Origin: an uncultured delta proteobacterium
GTDB taxonomy: Bacteria > Myxococcota_A > Polyangia > Polyangiales > Houyiibacteriaceae
Assembly (NCBI GenBank): GCA_963699755.1
Contig: CAVOVB010000003.1
Span: 64,001 to 128,000, forward strand
DNA: 64,000 nucleotides
Direction of reading: 5' to 3'
Positions 1-9,917 of this stretch are shown in pieces. A model generated the notes under the pieces. It was given only the letters and a program-made list of their open reading frames with translations, did no database searches and was not told the origin of the DNA. The position numbers and the translations under genes are program-made. How positions within the stretch are numbered: position 1 is the first letter of the stretch; every line of letters starts with the position of its first letter.

Positions 1-185
1 GTCGTCATTGGATCGCCATCCGCGTCGCTGACGAGGACCGTGACCGTCGACGACCCAGCTTCTGGAATGTCATCTGGTACTGCGATCAAGGAATCGATTC
101 TCGGGCAACGATTGGGTTCGCTTGCGCATCCCAGTAGTGCACTAGCCGCAAGCACGACCGTTGTCGTTAGAGGTAAATGCTTCAT
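1..185 (-). CDS. Lipoprotein, 5' part only (runs off the left edge)
   Basis: Manual translation from ATG at 185: MKHLPLTTTVVLAASALLGC-ASEPNRCPRIDSL...VSDADGDPMT, lipobox LLGC; operator-like palindrome just upstream. Not in the ORF track. Confidence 0.7.
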   Translation of the reverse strand, partial: MKHLPLTTTVVLAASALLGCASEPNRCPRIDSLIAVPDDIPEAGSSTVTVLVSDADGDPMT

Positions 186-233
186 TCAAGAGCAATAGAT
201 GTTTCATAGAGCAGTCGAGGAAAGGCGAAAGAG

Positions 234-258
234 AGTTTGTTCGAGAGGCGAACAAAGT
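234..258. promoter_or_regulatory. Putative ROK-family operator, copy 1
   Basis: AGTTTGTTCG-agagg-CGAACAAAGT, inverted repeat with 5-bp spacer, about 50 bp upstream of the gene starting at 185. Confidence 0.7.
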
Positions 259-338
259 TCTGTCCAAAGAGCTGGATGCCGAATTCTCCCAAAAAGGTCA
301 AGGAAAATCTCATTGCGCTGCGCGAACGGACCCTGGTT

Positions 339-1850
339 TCATGGAAAAAGGGACGCACGGTCCACATCGCTGACTGAAACGGCGCCGCGCCGCCGCTCGA
401 GCTCAGCCCGGACCTCGTGAGCCTTTTCTTCAGTGATTTCGTAGGAGGCAACGATCCAAATGGCGACCGCCGAGGAGATCATGGGCACCAAGATATCGCA
501 CAGACGCATCCCGAGGAGTGTCCCGTCGCTCTGGGCCCCTTCGAGCGCTACGTCAAAGCCGGTCGCCTCGAGCAGGAAGCCGCCGCCGGCGAGCGCGGCA
601 GCCATTCCGAGCTTGACCACCCACCAGTAGATGGAGCCAAACATGCCTTCTCGACGTTCGTGCGTTTCGAGCTCATCGAGGTCGACGACGTCGGCGATCA
701 TGGACCCCATCAAGGTGAAGAGCCCACCGAGGCCGAACGCCATCAAGGGCGCAGGCAGAAGGAGAAGCCATGGAATCTCTGGGTTGTAGCACCACCACTT
801 GAGAGCGTAGCCCACGATGGAGACCCCGGTCGCGGCGAAGAACGCGCGACGTTTGCCGATCTTGGTGGCGAGCCAGGTGACCAACACGATGACGAAGAAG
901 GTGCCAGCCGCCGATAGGGTGCCGGAGTAGCCGACGTACTCTGCGCCCAAGACCTTGTCGCCCCCGAATACGTAATAGATGATGACGTAGAACTGAAACG
1001 AGGAGATCAACATGAAGCCGTTGAACACCAAGAAGGTCGCGGCGCAGAGCTTGAGGAAGGGCCGGAAGCGCAGGGTTGCGACGAACCCCTTGAAAAAGTC
1101 GAGCATGCTGGCGACGAGGGGGTTTTGCTCGGTTCTCCGTTTCCGCCTGTCGGCTCGGTCGGCTTCGTAGAGGTGCGCTACGGCATCTGCGCGGTAGGGC
1201 TCCTTCAAGAAGATCGCTGGCAGGATGCCGATGCCCGCGGTGAGCGCGCCGATCAGGATGGCCAGCCCCGCCGCCCCGCTCACCATGTCGTCGAAAAACA
1301 GCTCGTACTGCATGAAAAGCAGGAACCAAGGAGAGATGACGTAGGCGAGTTGACTGAAAAAGTTCTGCACGCCCATCAGCCGGGTACGTTCATGATAGTC
1401 GGGCGTCAGCTCGAACCCGAGTGCCACCCAAGGCGTCGCAAAGACCGTGTACGCCAAGTAGAAAATTACCGAGACAATGAGAAAGAACCAGAAATAGAAG
1501 CTATCGCTTCGCCCTTCGGGCAGCTGCCAGAGCAGGGCGTAGAGGAGTCCAGCGGCAATGGCGCCCCCGAAGATATAAGGCCGTCGCCGTCCCCACCTCG
1601 AGCGCGTGTGGTCGGAGATGTAGCCCATCAAGGGGTCGGTCAAGGCATCCGTGAGCCGCGGCAGGGCGCCGAGCAGGCCCACGAGCCAGGGGCTCATACC
1701 GAGCCCGAGATTCAACACGATGATCATGCCGCCACTCGCGGCCGCCAGGAGATTGTTGACGAAGCCGCCCAAGCCGTAGATCAGCTTGCGCGGTAACGAG
1801 ATGCGGTCCTCGGGCGCGGTCTCGTAGTGCTTCAAACCCGAGGCTTTCAC
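339..1850 (-). CDS. MFS sugar transporter (GPH/MelB-like symporter)
   Basis: DPLMGYISDHTRSRWGRRRPY and MIADVVDLDELETHERREGMF motifs, many TM segments; start trimmed to GTG at 1850. Confidence 0.9.
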   Translation of the reverse strand: MKASGLKHYETAPEDRISLPRKLIYGLGGFVNNLLAAASGGMIIVLNLGLGMSPWLVGLLGALPRLTDALTDPLMGYISDHTRSRWGRRRPYIFGGAIAAGLLYALLWQLPEGRSDSFYFWFFLIVSVIFYLAYTVFATPWVALGFELTPDYHERTRLMGVQNFFSQLAYVISPWFLLFMQYELFFDDMVSGAAGLAILIGALTAGIGILPAIFLKEPYRADAVAHLYEADRADRRKRRTEQNPLVASMLDFFKGFVATLRFRPFLKLCAATFLVFNGFMLISSFQFYVIIYYVFGGDKVLGAEYVGYSGTLSAAGTFFVIVLVTWLATKIGKRRAFFAATGVSIVGYALKWWCYNPEIPWLLLLPAPLMAFGLGGLFTLMGSMIADVVDLDELETHERREGMFGSIYWWVVKLGMAAALAGGGFLLEATGFDVALEGAQSDGTLLGMRLCDILVPMISSAVAIWIVASYEITEEKAHEVRAELERRRGAVSVSDVDRASLFP

Positions 1851-1887
1851 TGGGCACGCTCGAAGATGAGCGCATTGGCAGTGCAGT

Positions 1888-3126
1888 TCATAGGACTTTT
1901 CCTGATCGGGTGATGAACAGGGTCGGTGTTTCGAGTGCGCCCTGCAAGACGAGGGTCGCGGCGCCCACTGCAATGCCCCATTCGTTTAAGCCCGTCGTTC
2001 GGATCTCGGCATTCGAGATCGACGCAGGCAACGAGAGGCCACGAATGGTCCGGTGCACGGCATCGAGCAGCAGGTCGCTTGCGCGCGTGATGCCGCCACC
2101 GAGCACGACTGTCTCCGGATTCAGGAGGTTCAGCATGTTGGCGATCCCGATGCCGAGCTTTTCGCCGGCATACTGAACTGATTCGACGGACATCGGATCG
2201 CCATCTAATGCAGCGTTGACCAGCTCGTCAATTCCCGTGGGTGCGGGGCGATCCGAGCCCTTTGCGCGCAGCTCGTCTTTCGCGCGTTCAAGAAGAGCTG
2301 GGGTGCCGATGAACGTGGTGAGGCACCCCTTGAGGCCACAGACGCATTGGGGCCCGTTCGGGTCGATGGACGTGTGGCCTATTTCGCCCGCTATGCCGCC
2401 GCTACCCCGAAAAATGCGGCCGTTGATGATCAAGCCAGCGCCGATCCCGGTCGCGACCTTGATGTACGCGAGATCTTTGACCGAGGAGCCGGCGCCCCAC
2501 CAAAGCTCGGCAAGCGCACCGAGATTGGCGTCGTTGTCGACGAAGACGGGTCGCTTGAAGCTCGCTTCGAGATGGGTGGCAATGTTGTAGCCCTCCCACG
2601 TTGGCACGACGAGCGGCAGGAGCTCCCCAGGTCGTTCCGCATCCACGGGACTTGGGACAGCGACGCCGATCGCGAGCACCTGCGATGCTTGCACACCCTC
2701 TGCCTCGAGGATGGAGCGCACCCCCATCGTCATCTTCTTCAGCGCGACGTCGGGTTCATCGCGCACCGGAGCGGGAGCAGACCAAGAAGCTCGGACCTTG
2801 CAGCGTAGGTCCGTCAAGACACATGAAACATGCGTTGCGCCAAGCTCGATCCCGACGATGAAGCTCGATTGGTCTCGGAACTCGAGCATGATAGGACGGC
2901 GTCCGCCGCTGGACATCCCAGTTCGAGCCTCTTGGACCAAGCCCTTGCTCAGCAGGTCGCTCACAATGGCCGACACCGTCGAGCGACTCAGGCTCGTAAG
3001 CCGAGCGAGCTCCGCACGGGAAATTTCGCGCTGCTCCCAGAGTAGATTCAGAATGAGTCGGCTGTGTCGCGCCCGCATCGTGGACGCGTCCAGCACTTCG
3101 TGGGCGGTTTGACGGGCATTTTCCAT
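1888..3126 (-). CDS. ROK family transcriptional regulator
   Basis: N-terminal HTH (ISRAELARLTSLSRSTVS), GGRRP, VDNDANLGALAE, GEIGH..C.CG..GC. Confidence 0.95.
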   Translation of the reverse strand: MENARQTAHEVLDASTMRARHSRLILNLLWEQREISRAELARLTSLSRSTVSAIVSDLLSKGLVQEARTGMSSGGRRPIMLEFRDQSSFIVGIELGATHVSCVLTDLRCKVRASWSAPAPVRDEPDVALKKMTMGVRSILEAEGVQASQVLAIGVAVPSPVDAERPGELLPLVVPTWEGYNIATHLEASFKRPVFVDNDANLGALAELWWGAGSSVKDLAYIKVATGIGAGLIINGRIFRGSGGIAGEIGHTSIDPNGPQCVCGLKGCLTTFIGTPALLERAKDELRAKGSDRPAPTGIDELVNAALDGDPMSVESVQYAGEKLGIGIANMLNLLNPETVVLGGGITRASDLLLDAVHRTIRGLSLPASISNAEIRTTGLNEWGIAVGAATLVLQGALETPTLFITRSGKVL

Positions 3127-3206
3127 CGGCGATCGTATGAAGGCTCTCCTCTAAGGACGTGTGTGACAATCACCGCGGGGGGTAGGCGGCCGCTACGCCT
3201 TAACCG

Positions 3207-3255
3207 GCTTCGTTCATTCACCGAACGAACTACGTGTGCGGCTGGAAGATGTCAA
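3207..3255 (-). promoter_or_regulatory. sigma70-like promoter overlapping ROK operator copy 2
   Basis: Minus strand TTGACA-N17-TAGTTC; the -10 overlaps the palindrome GCTTCGTTCA-ttcac-CGAACGAACT (3207-3231). Confidence 0.65.
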
Positions 3256-3277
3256 GACCGCGTCCGGTCGCGTTGGT

Positions 3278-6200
3278 TCAAGGCAAAGGGTCGTAGTAAC
3301 CGGCGCCGTCATATAGCGGGACGTTGCAGGGGGAGGCGCCCGGTACTGGCGTGTCGCATAGCGCATAGAGCGGCATTCGGAGCTCGTCCCAAAGGCCCCA
3401 GGCATCGTCCGTGCCCTTCCAGGCTTCGTCGAAGGCTTCGAAATCGAAGATGGTCAGAGGCCCGCCGGCGGATCTCTCCCAGGTTCGGAGTAGGTCGTCG
3501 TACCACTTTGCGTTCACCTCGCTCGCGGCATACTGCTCAATTTCTTGGCTGGGGGCGGTCTGCCGCCACTTCCAGCCGGTCTCGCCGATCACGATTGGCA
3601 ACGACTGACCGATTGTCGATCCATTGAACGGGTAATCGTAGACGGCCTGGTAGTTGTCCTGGGCTTTGACGAGCGAGGCGTTCATCATGGCCGCCGCTCG
3701 CGACGGGCCGGCCGGAACCCCTTCCTGCTTCCAGTCCCATTGCTGGTAGTTGAGGAAGGGGTAGGTATGGATCGACACGAAGTCGATGAGCGGAAGGACG
3801 GTGTCCGGCTTTCGGGCAAACGTGCCGGCGTAGAAGGTGTAGTCATCGTCCGCCGTGACCGGCTGCGTCACGTTGTTTCGGGTCTGGGTGATATAGCCCT
3901 CGAGGCAGTTCAACGGCATAAACGCGGCGAAGAACGATGTCTCGTTACCGACGCTCACCGTGACGACGCTGGAATAGGTATTGGCCAGTTGAATTGCGGT
4001 TGCGACCTGGGAGTCGTTGACCGCGCTCTGGCACAAGTTGGCGGGAGGGCCCGGGGCGAGGCCCTCGAGGAACAGCCCCTGCTGGAAGCGCATTTCAGGG
4101 AAGTTCGCCGCTGCGAGCCGCAAAATCTTCTCGGACACAGGGTCCGCGCCGAACAAGCGCAAGAGGTTGTAGCCGGCGGTCTGCAAGAGGGCGAGGTCTT
4201 CGAGGATGTCGGCGTCACTCGGTATTTCCGGGGGTTGGACCTCTGGCCCCTGCGCCCGGTACGGGCTGTAGTTGATCGCCTTGCCGGTCGTGTAGATGTC
4301 CGGGAGGGGGCGCAGCTCGATACCCGGGCCACCAGCACCACCGCATCCATCTGGACCGAGAGTGATGTTGTCGTAGAAGATCCCTGAGCCGTTGAAGTTC
4401 GTGGCCCTGCTCTGGAAGCCGATCTGCAAGACCTGGCCGACGAGCTCCGGAATGATTGGCAAGCTGATGGTGAACGTATCCCAGGTGTCCGGGAGGTTCG
4501 TCGTATCGACGGGGATGTTGTTGGTCGTGTTCGAGCCCGCGATCGTCTTGATGAACGCTGCCGCGGTCGTGGGCGGGACGATGTTGCCCTTCTTCGCATC
4601 GAAGGTGAACACGATCGTCGTTCCGACATCGCTGGCTACGATGGGGAACTCTTGGAACACGACGGCTTCGATGATGTTCCCGGCCGCGTGATCTGCGTTG
4701 TTGTAGTCGTTGTAGATCGACAGCTGCTGAGCACCTTGCGCGGGACCGCCTTCCCCGACAGCGACTGCAGAGAATGCGGGGCCACCGTTCGGAGCCGGGA
4801 ACGCGAAGTAGTTGTAGAGGAACGTGGTGCCGTCTGGCCCGAACACGTTCGCGCCGACCACCCATCCGTCGGTGGACAAGGAGTTCGGCACAGGCTGGGG
4901 CGGGTCCCCTGGCGTGAGCAACTCGAAGTCTTGCTCGTAGAGGCAAGCAATGACCACTCCCTCACAGACGTTGTTGACGCAGGTCTCGCCGCTCGCGCAC
5001 TGCGCATCGGTGTTGCACTCGACGCAAGCACCCTGGCCGTCGCAAACGCCAGGGCTGCCACCGAGGTCGCAACCCGTGTTGATGCCGTCGTTCTGTGCGT
5101 TGCACGAACCATTGGCCGGGTCACAAACGTCCGTCTGGCACTCGATGCCGTTGTCCGGGCAGGTGTCGGGGGTGCAAAGGCCTTCGCAGACGCCCGCGTT
5201 GCAGGTGCCGGGGAAGCCGCCGGTCGTGCACTGGTTGTTGTCGTTGTTGGTGAACTCGCACGCGCCGGCGACGCAGGCGTTGTCGGTGCAGGCGTTGTTG
5301 TCTTCACAGTCGCTGTTCACGGTGCAAGCGACGCAGTTGCCTTGACCGTCGCAGGTCCCGCCGGACGGCGGTGAGCAGGCGTTGCCCGCTGCAGAGCCCG
5401 GGTCAGGCGTGCAGATCGGTTGGTTGTTCGCATCTGCGGAACACACCTCGGGGCTGCACACGTTGCTCTGGTTGCAGGGGTCAGGCGAGCAATTGTCGAT
5501 GTCCTGACAGTTGTCGTCGCAGAAGATGCCGTCGGGCGGGTCGCAGTCTTCGCCTGGGTCGATCTGTCCGTTGCCGCATCCCGAGGCCACCGTGCAGTCG
5601 ACGGCGATCGTCGAGCGGGCCGCGCCATTGTTGCTGCCGTCGGGCAGAAGGCCGGTACAGCTCGTAAACCCGTCATCGGAGACCGCGACGATGATTTCGC
5701 AGAGCCCGACGCCGGTGCACTCCACGGTGTTGGCCACCGCTTCGCATCCGCTGACCGTCTCACAGCTTGCGGCCGTATTGCCGTTGCTGCTCTGGACGTT
5801 GCCGCACGCGCCTACCGCTTGCACGCCAACCGTCACTTCATCGCCGTCCGGGTCGTAGACCTCGGTGCGCACGTCGACGAGATTGCCGATCGATTGCGTC
5901 GTCGGGGTGACGAGGATCTGCCTGTACTCCGCACACTGGTTGAAGGTGCCGTCCGCACGGACGCCGCCATATCGCGGCGTGTGGATGCAGGCCAGGACCA
6001 CTTCCCCCACAGTGGTCGCGTTGGTGTTGACCACGACCGTGAGCTCGCCTGTGCACTCGGTGTTTCCGGTGTTCGAGGCGGCCGTAAACATGAAGGTGCA
6101 AGGTCCAGCGGGCAGGCCCTGCTTCTCAAAGAGGCCGATGGTGTTCTTCGGCTCCGGTCCTTGCGAGGTGGACGTGTTGATGGTGAACATTTCGGGCGAG

Positions 6201-6421
6201 CTTTGCGGAGGCCGCGGGACGCCCAAGACGGGGTCGATGCCGGCGCACCACAAGGAAACGTTGACTTCGTCGATCTGCTCGTTGGGGCCCGAGGGCGGGG
6301 TCGCGAGCGTGACGGTCATGTCGACATTGCCGATGCCCGCCGGTTCGCTTTGCTCCGAGCTACAGCCTGTAAGTACCGCCGTAAGCATGACCGCTATGGC
6401 TAGCGCCGATAGATATCTCAT
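3278..6421 (-). CDS. Cys-rich multidomain lipoprotein with C-terminal GH17-like beta-1,3-glucanase domain
   Basis: Lipobox LTGC; Cys repeats (CEDNNACTDNAC); GH17 motifs INYSPYR, VSVGNE, IVIGETGW, FEAFDEAWK. Confidence 0.85.
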   Translation of the reverse strand: MRYLSALAIAVMLTAVLTGCSSEQSEPAGIGNVDMTVTLATPPSGPNEQIDEVNVSLWCAGIDPVLGVPRPPQSSPEMFTINTSTSQGPEPKNTIGLFEKQGLPAGPCTFMFTAASNTGNTECTGELTVVVNTNATTVGEVVLACIHTPRYGGVRADGTFNQCAEYRQILVTPTTQSIGNLVDVRTEVYDPDGDEVTVGVQAVGACGNVQSSNGNTAASCETVSGCEAVANTVECTGVGLCEIIVAVSDDGFTSCTGLLPDGSNNGAARSTIAVDCTVASGCGNGQIDPGEDCDPPDGIFCDDNCQDIDNCSPDPCNQSNVCSPEVCSADANNQPICTPDPGSAAGNACSPPSGGTCDGQGNCVACTVNSDCEDNNACTDNACVAGACEFTNNDNNQCTTGGFPGTCNAGVCEGLCTPDTCPDNGIECQTDVCDPANGSCNAQNDGINTGCDLGGSPGVCDGQGACVECNTDAQCASGETCVNNVCEGVVIACLYEQDFELLTPGDPPQPVPNSLSTDGWVVGANVFGPDGTTFLYNYFAFPAPNGGPAFSAVAVGEGGPAQGAQQLSIYNDYNNADHAAGNIIEAVVFQEFPIVASDVGTTIVFTFDAKKGNIVPPTTAAAFIKTIAGSNTTNNIPVDTTNLPDTWDTFTISLPIIPELVGQVLQIGFQSRATNFNGSGIFYDNITLGPDGCGGAGGPGIELRPLPDIYTTGKAINYSPYRAQGPEVQPPEIPSDADILEDLALLQTAGYNLLRLFGADPVSEKILRLAAANFPEMRFQQGLFLEGLAPGPPANLCQSAVNDSQVATAIQLANTYSSVVTVSVGNETSFFAAFMPLNCLEGYITQTRNNVTQPVTADDDYTFYAGTFARKPDTVLPLIDFVSIHTYPFLNYQQWDWKQEGVPAGPSRAAAMMNASLVKAQDNYQAVYDYPFNGSTIGQSLPIVIGETGWKWRQTAPSQEIEQYAASEVNAKWYDDLLRTWERSAGGPLTIFDFEAFDEAWKGTDDAWGLWDELRMPLYALCDTPVPGASPCNVPLYDGAGYYDPLP
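4326..6369. repeat. 2044-bp direct duplication, copy 1
   Basis: Matches 7112-9155 at a constant offset of 2786; off-frame ORF translations are identical over long stretches. Confidence 0.95.
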
Positions 6422-6521
6422 GGAGTCGCCTCTTTCATCACACGCGCATTAAGAGAAGTTATGTCGCGCTGGGGCTGCTTGGTCGCGGCTGTTGATGGCG
6501 CCGCTATGGGGCAGCAGGTGT

Positions 6522-6562
6522 GGAGCCCACCCCCTCCGATCCCGAGATCGGAGGGGGGCTCC
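6522..6562 (-). terminator. GC-rich hairpin after the 6577-9225 gene (terminator or mRNA stabiliser)
   Basis: GGAGCCCACCCCCTCCGAT-cccgag-ATCGGAGGGGGGCTCC; no U-tract. Confidence 0.55.
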
Positions 6563-6576
6563 GTCGTGTCTTCGGC

Positions 6577-9225
6577 CTATGGAGAGGTGACCGAGACGTT
6601 GTCCCAGTAGGTGTTCACAGTACAGCCAGGGTTGGCACCGCAGTCTGTCTTCAGCTGCAGAGTCACGCCGCCGCTGACGTCAGGGCCCGTTGTCGTGTTG
6701 AACTCATAGGTGACCCAACCCGCCGTCCAATCGTTGGGCGCGTTTGGAAAGAGTGGGGCACCACTGAGGATTTCGGACTTGGATGTGCCGCCGCCGCTGA
6801 GCTCCGAGAAGAACTCTGCGAAGACGACGCCGCCGGGACCCGCGAGAGAGCCGAACAGGTCAAACCGAATGGTGACCGGGCTGTTTGGCGCCACGGTTCC
6901 GATGCCGATGTTGGCCTGCTTCATGAGTGGGAACGAAGGAGGACCCCCGCCGGCCGGAACACTGGCAACCAGGTTGCCCGAGTAGACGCCGCCGTTGGCC
7001 TCTGCCGATGAGGCGGAGCACGTTCCACTGTTCTCTGTACAGAACAGCGTCCAACCGGAGAGATCACCGGTCTCGAAATCGCCATTGATCGTCAGCTCGC
7101 CGCTAGGCTCGGGGCCACCACCACCACCGCATCCATCTACACCGAGGGTGAGGTTGTCGTAGAAGATCCCTGAGCCGTTGAAGTTCGTGGCCCTGCTCTG
7201 GAAGCCGATCTGCAAGACCTGGCCGACGAGCTCCGGAATGATTGGCAAGCTGATGGTGAACGTATCCCAGGTGTCCGGGAGGTTCGTCGTATCGACGGGG
7301 ATGTTGTTGGTCGTGTTCGAGCCCGAGATCGTCTTGATGAACGCTGCTGCGGTGGTGGGCGGGACGATGTTGCCCTTCTTCGCATCGAAGGTGAACACGA
7401 TCGTCGTTCCGACATCGCTGGCTACGATGGGGAACTCTTGGAACACGACGGCTTCGATGATGTTCCCGACCCCGTGATCTGCGTTGTTGTAGTCGTTGTA
7501 GATCGACAGCTGCTGAGCACCTTGCTCGGGACCGCCTTCCCCGACAGCGACTGCAGAGAATGCAGGGCCACCGTTCGGAGCCGGGAACGCGAAGTAGTTG
7601 TAGAGGAACGTGGTGCCGTCTGGCCCGAACACGTTCGCGCCGACCAACCATCCATCGGTGGACAAGGAGTTCGGCACGGGCTGGGGCGGGTCCCCTGGCG
7701 TGAGCAACTCGAAGTTCTGCTCGTAGAGACAGGCCGGGGCCGGAGGGGCCTCACAGACGTTGTTGACGCAGGTCTCGCCGCTCGCGCACTGCGCGTCGAT
7801 GTTGCATTCGACGCAAGCACCCTGGCCGTCGCACACGCCAGGGCTGCCACCGAGGTCGCAGCCCGTGTTGATGCCGTCGTTCTGCGGGGTGCACGAACCG
7901 TCGGCCGGGTCACAGACGTTGGTCACGCATTCCCCGGCGTCGGGGCAGGGGTCGGGGGTGCAAAGGCCTTCGCAGACGCCCGCGTTGCAGGTGCCGGGGA
8001 AGCCGCCGGTCGTGCACTGGTTGTTGTCGTTGTTGGTGAACTCGCACGCGCCGGCGACGCAGGCGTTGTCGGTGCAGGCGTTGTTGTCTTCACAATCGCT
8101 ATCCACCGTGCAGGCCACGCAGTTGCCCTGTCCGTCGCAGGTCCCGCCTGCAGGCGGTGAGCACGCATTGCCCGCGGCAGAGCCGGGATCCGGCGTGCAG
8201 ATCGGTTGGTTGTTCGCATCTGCGGAACACACCTCGGGGCTGCACACGTTGCTCTGGTTGCAGGGGTCAGGCGAGCAATTGTCGATGTCCTGACAGTTGT
8301 CGTCGCAGAAGATGCCGTCGGGCGGGTCGCAGTCTTCGCCTGGGTCGATCTGTCCGTTGCCGCATCCCGAGGCCACCGTGCAGTCGACGGCGATCGTCGA
8401 GCGGGCCGCGCCATTGTTGCTGCCGTCGGGCAGAAGGCCGGTACAGCTCGTAAACCCGTCATCGGAGACCGCGACGATGATTTCGCAGAGCCCGACGCCG
8501 GTGCACTCCACGGTGTTGGCCACCGCTTCGCATCCGCTGACCGTCTCACAGCTTGCGGCCGTATTGCCGTTGCTGCTCTGGACGTTGCCGCACGCGCCTA
8601 CCGCTTGCACGCCAACCGTCACTTCATCGCCGTCCGGGTCGTAGACCTCGGTGCGCACGTCGACGAGATTGCCGATCGATTGCGTCGTCGGGGTGACGAG
8701 GATCTGCCTGTACTCCGCACACTGGTTGAAGGTGCCGTCCGCACGGACGCCGCCATATCGCGGCGTGTGGATGCAGGCCAGGACCACTTCCCCCACAGTG
8801 GTCGCGTTGGTGTTGACCACGACCGTGAGCTCGCCTGTGCACTCGGTGTTTCCGGTGTTCGAGGCGGCCGTAAACATGAAGGTGCAAGGTCCAGCGGGCA
8901 GGCCCTGCTTCTCAAAGAGGCCGATGGTGTTCTTCGGCTCCGGTCCTTGCGAGGTGGACGTGTTGATGGTGAACATTTCGGGCGAGCTTTGCGGAGGCCG
9001 CGGGACGCCCAAGACGGGGTCGATGCCGGCGCACCACAAGGAAACGTTGACTTCGTCGATCTGCTCGTTGGGGCCCGAGGGCGGGGTCGCGAGCGTGACG
9101 GTCATGTCGACATTGCCGATGCCCGCCGGTTCGCTTTGCTCGGAGCTACAGCCTGCGAGTGCCACGGCGAGGGCCGCGCACGTCAGCATCGCTGAGCTCG
9201 CTAATCGTGTTCGTATCAGTGACAT
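6577..9225 (-). CDS. Cys-rich lipoprotein, paralogue of 3278-6421, with a C-terminal carbohydrate-binding-like domain instead of GH17
   Basis: AAGGAG RBS before ATG 9225; lipobox LAGC; C-terminal ELTINGDFETGDLSGW...YWDNVSV typical of CBM4/9-like jelly rolls. Confidence 0.8.
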   Translation of the reverse strand: MSLIRTRLASSAMLTCAALAVALAGCSSEQSEPAGIGNVDMTVTLATPPSGPNEQIDEVNVSLWCAGIDPVLGVPRPPQSSPEMFTINTSTSQGPEPKNTIGLFEKQGLPAGPCTFMFTAASNTGNTECTGELTVVVNTNATTVGEVVLACIHTPRYGGVRADGTFNQCAEYRQILVTPTTQSIGNLVDVRTEVYDPDGDEVTVGVQAVGACGNVQSSNGNTAASCETVSGCEAVANTVECTGVGLCEIIVAVSDDGFTSCTGLLPDGSNNGAARSTIAVDCTVASGCGNGQIDPGEDCDPPDGIFCDDNCQDIDNCSPDPCNQSNVCSPEVCSADANNQPICTPDPGSAAGNACSPPAGGTCDGQGNCVACTVDSDCEDNNACTDNACVAGACEFTNNDNNQCTTGGFPGTCNAGVCEGLCTPDPCPDAGECVTNVCDPADGSCTPQNDGINTGCDLGGSPGVCDGQGACVECNIDAQCASGETCVNNVCEAPPAPACLYEQNFELLTPGDPPQPVPNSLSTDGWLVGANVFGPDGTTFLYNYFAFPAPNGGPAFSAVAVGEGGPEQGAQQLSIYNDYNNADHGVGNIIEAVVFQEFPIVASDVGTTIVFTFDAKKGNIVPPTTAAAFIKTISGSNTTNNIPVDTTNLPDTWDTFTISLPIIPELVGQVLQIGFQSRATNFNGSGIFYDNLTLGVDGCGGGGGPEPSGELTINGDFETGDLSGWTLFCTENSGTCSASSAEANGGVYSGNLVASVPAGGGPPSFPLMKQANIGIGTVAPNSPVTIRFDLFGSLAGPGGVVFAEFFSELSGGGTSKSEILSGAPLFPNAPNDWTAGWVTYEFNTTTGPDVSGGVTLQLKTDCGANPGCTVNTYWDNVSVTSP
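7112..9155. repeat. 2044-bp direct duplication, copy 2
   Basis: Matches 4326-6369. Confidence 0.95.
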
Positions 9226-9298
9226 CCCTAATTCTCCTTGCGAGGTATTCATCCGCTTCGCTTCGCAAGCTGCGATTGCCTCTTCGTTGATGTTGCGA

Positions 9299-9323
9299 AG
9301 TTTGTTCGAACAACGAACAAACC
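9299..9323. promoter_or_regulatory. Putative ROK-family operator, copy 3
   Basis: Perfect inverted repeat GTTTGTTCG-aacaa-CGAACAAAC upstream of the 9225 start. Confidence 0.75.
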
Positions 9324-9917
9324 TTGAATGAAAGGGAGTACATCGGCTCATTTCGAAAGATCAAGCCCGAAATGAAAGTACTTCTCGCTTTGCGTGGGAT
9401 GGTCCTTGTCTTGTGAGATACCTCACCACTTGCCCACGCCGCCGAAGCTTGAAGCATCTCTCAGCGCCCAGCGTTGGTATCGTTGTCGCTTCGCTCCCGC
9501 GACGTTCTCGATATCGCTGAAAAAACGGTCACGCCAAAACGAGACCCTGCCCAGGCTGGCCGTGTTGAGTAATCCCGCTTGCGCAATTGCCACGGTAATT
9601 GAGCGCGTCGCACTGTAAAGGACGCAGGCCCTCTGTTGCGACGAGCAGCGCGGACAACACGCGCTGTAGATCGCAGCGCGGTCGCTCTCTAGGCGGACAT
9701 GTCCGAAAACGGCTAACTTCCTTGCTGAGCACGGTCAGGCGCGATCAAACGCAGCTTCGCCGGGTCGCCAGACCAAGTCGATACCACTCGACCGCGCGGA
9801 GCTGAGCCAGCCGTGACGACGAGAGCGAATCGGACCCCAACATCGACTTGGCAAGACGCGGTTGTGCTTGCAATCGTTTACAGTGTGTGTTCTGGCTAGT
9901 CGATCAGGAGATTGTGA

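Noticed and set aside
9848..9867. TTGGCA upstream of 9918 as a sigma54 promoter
   Set aside because: No GC at the required GG-N10-GC position.
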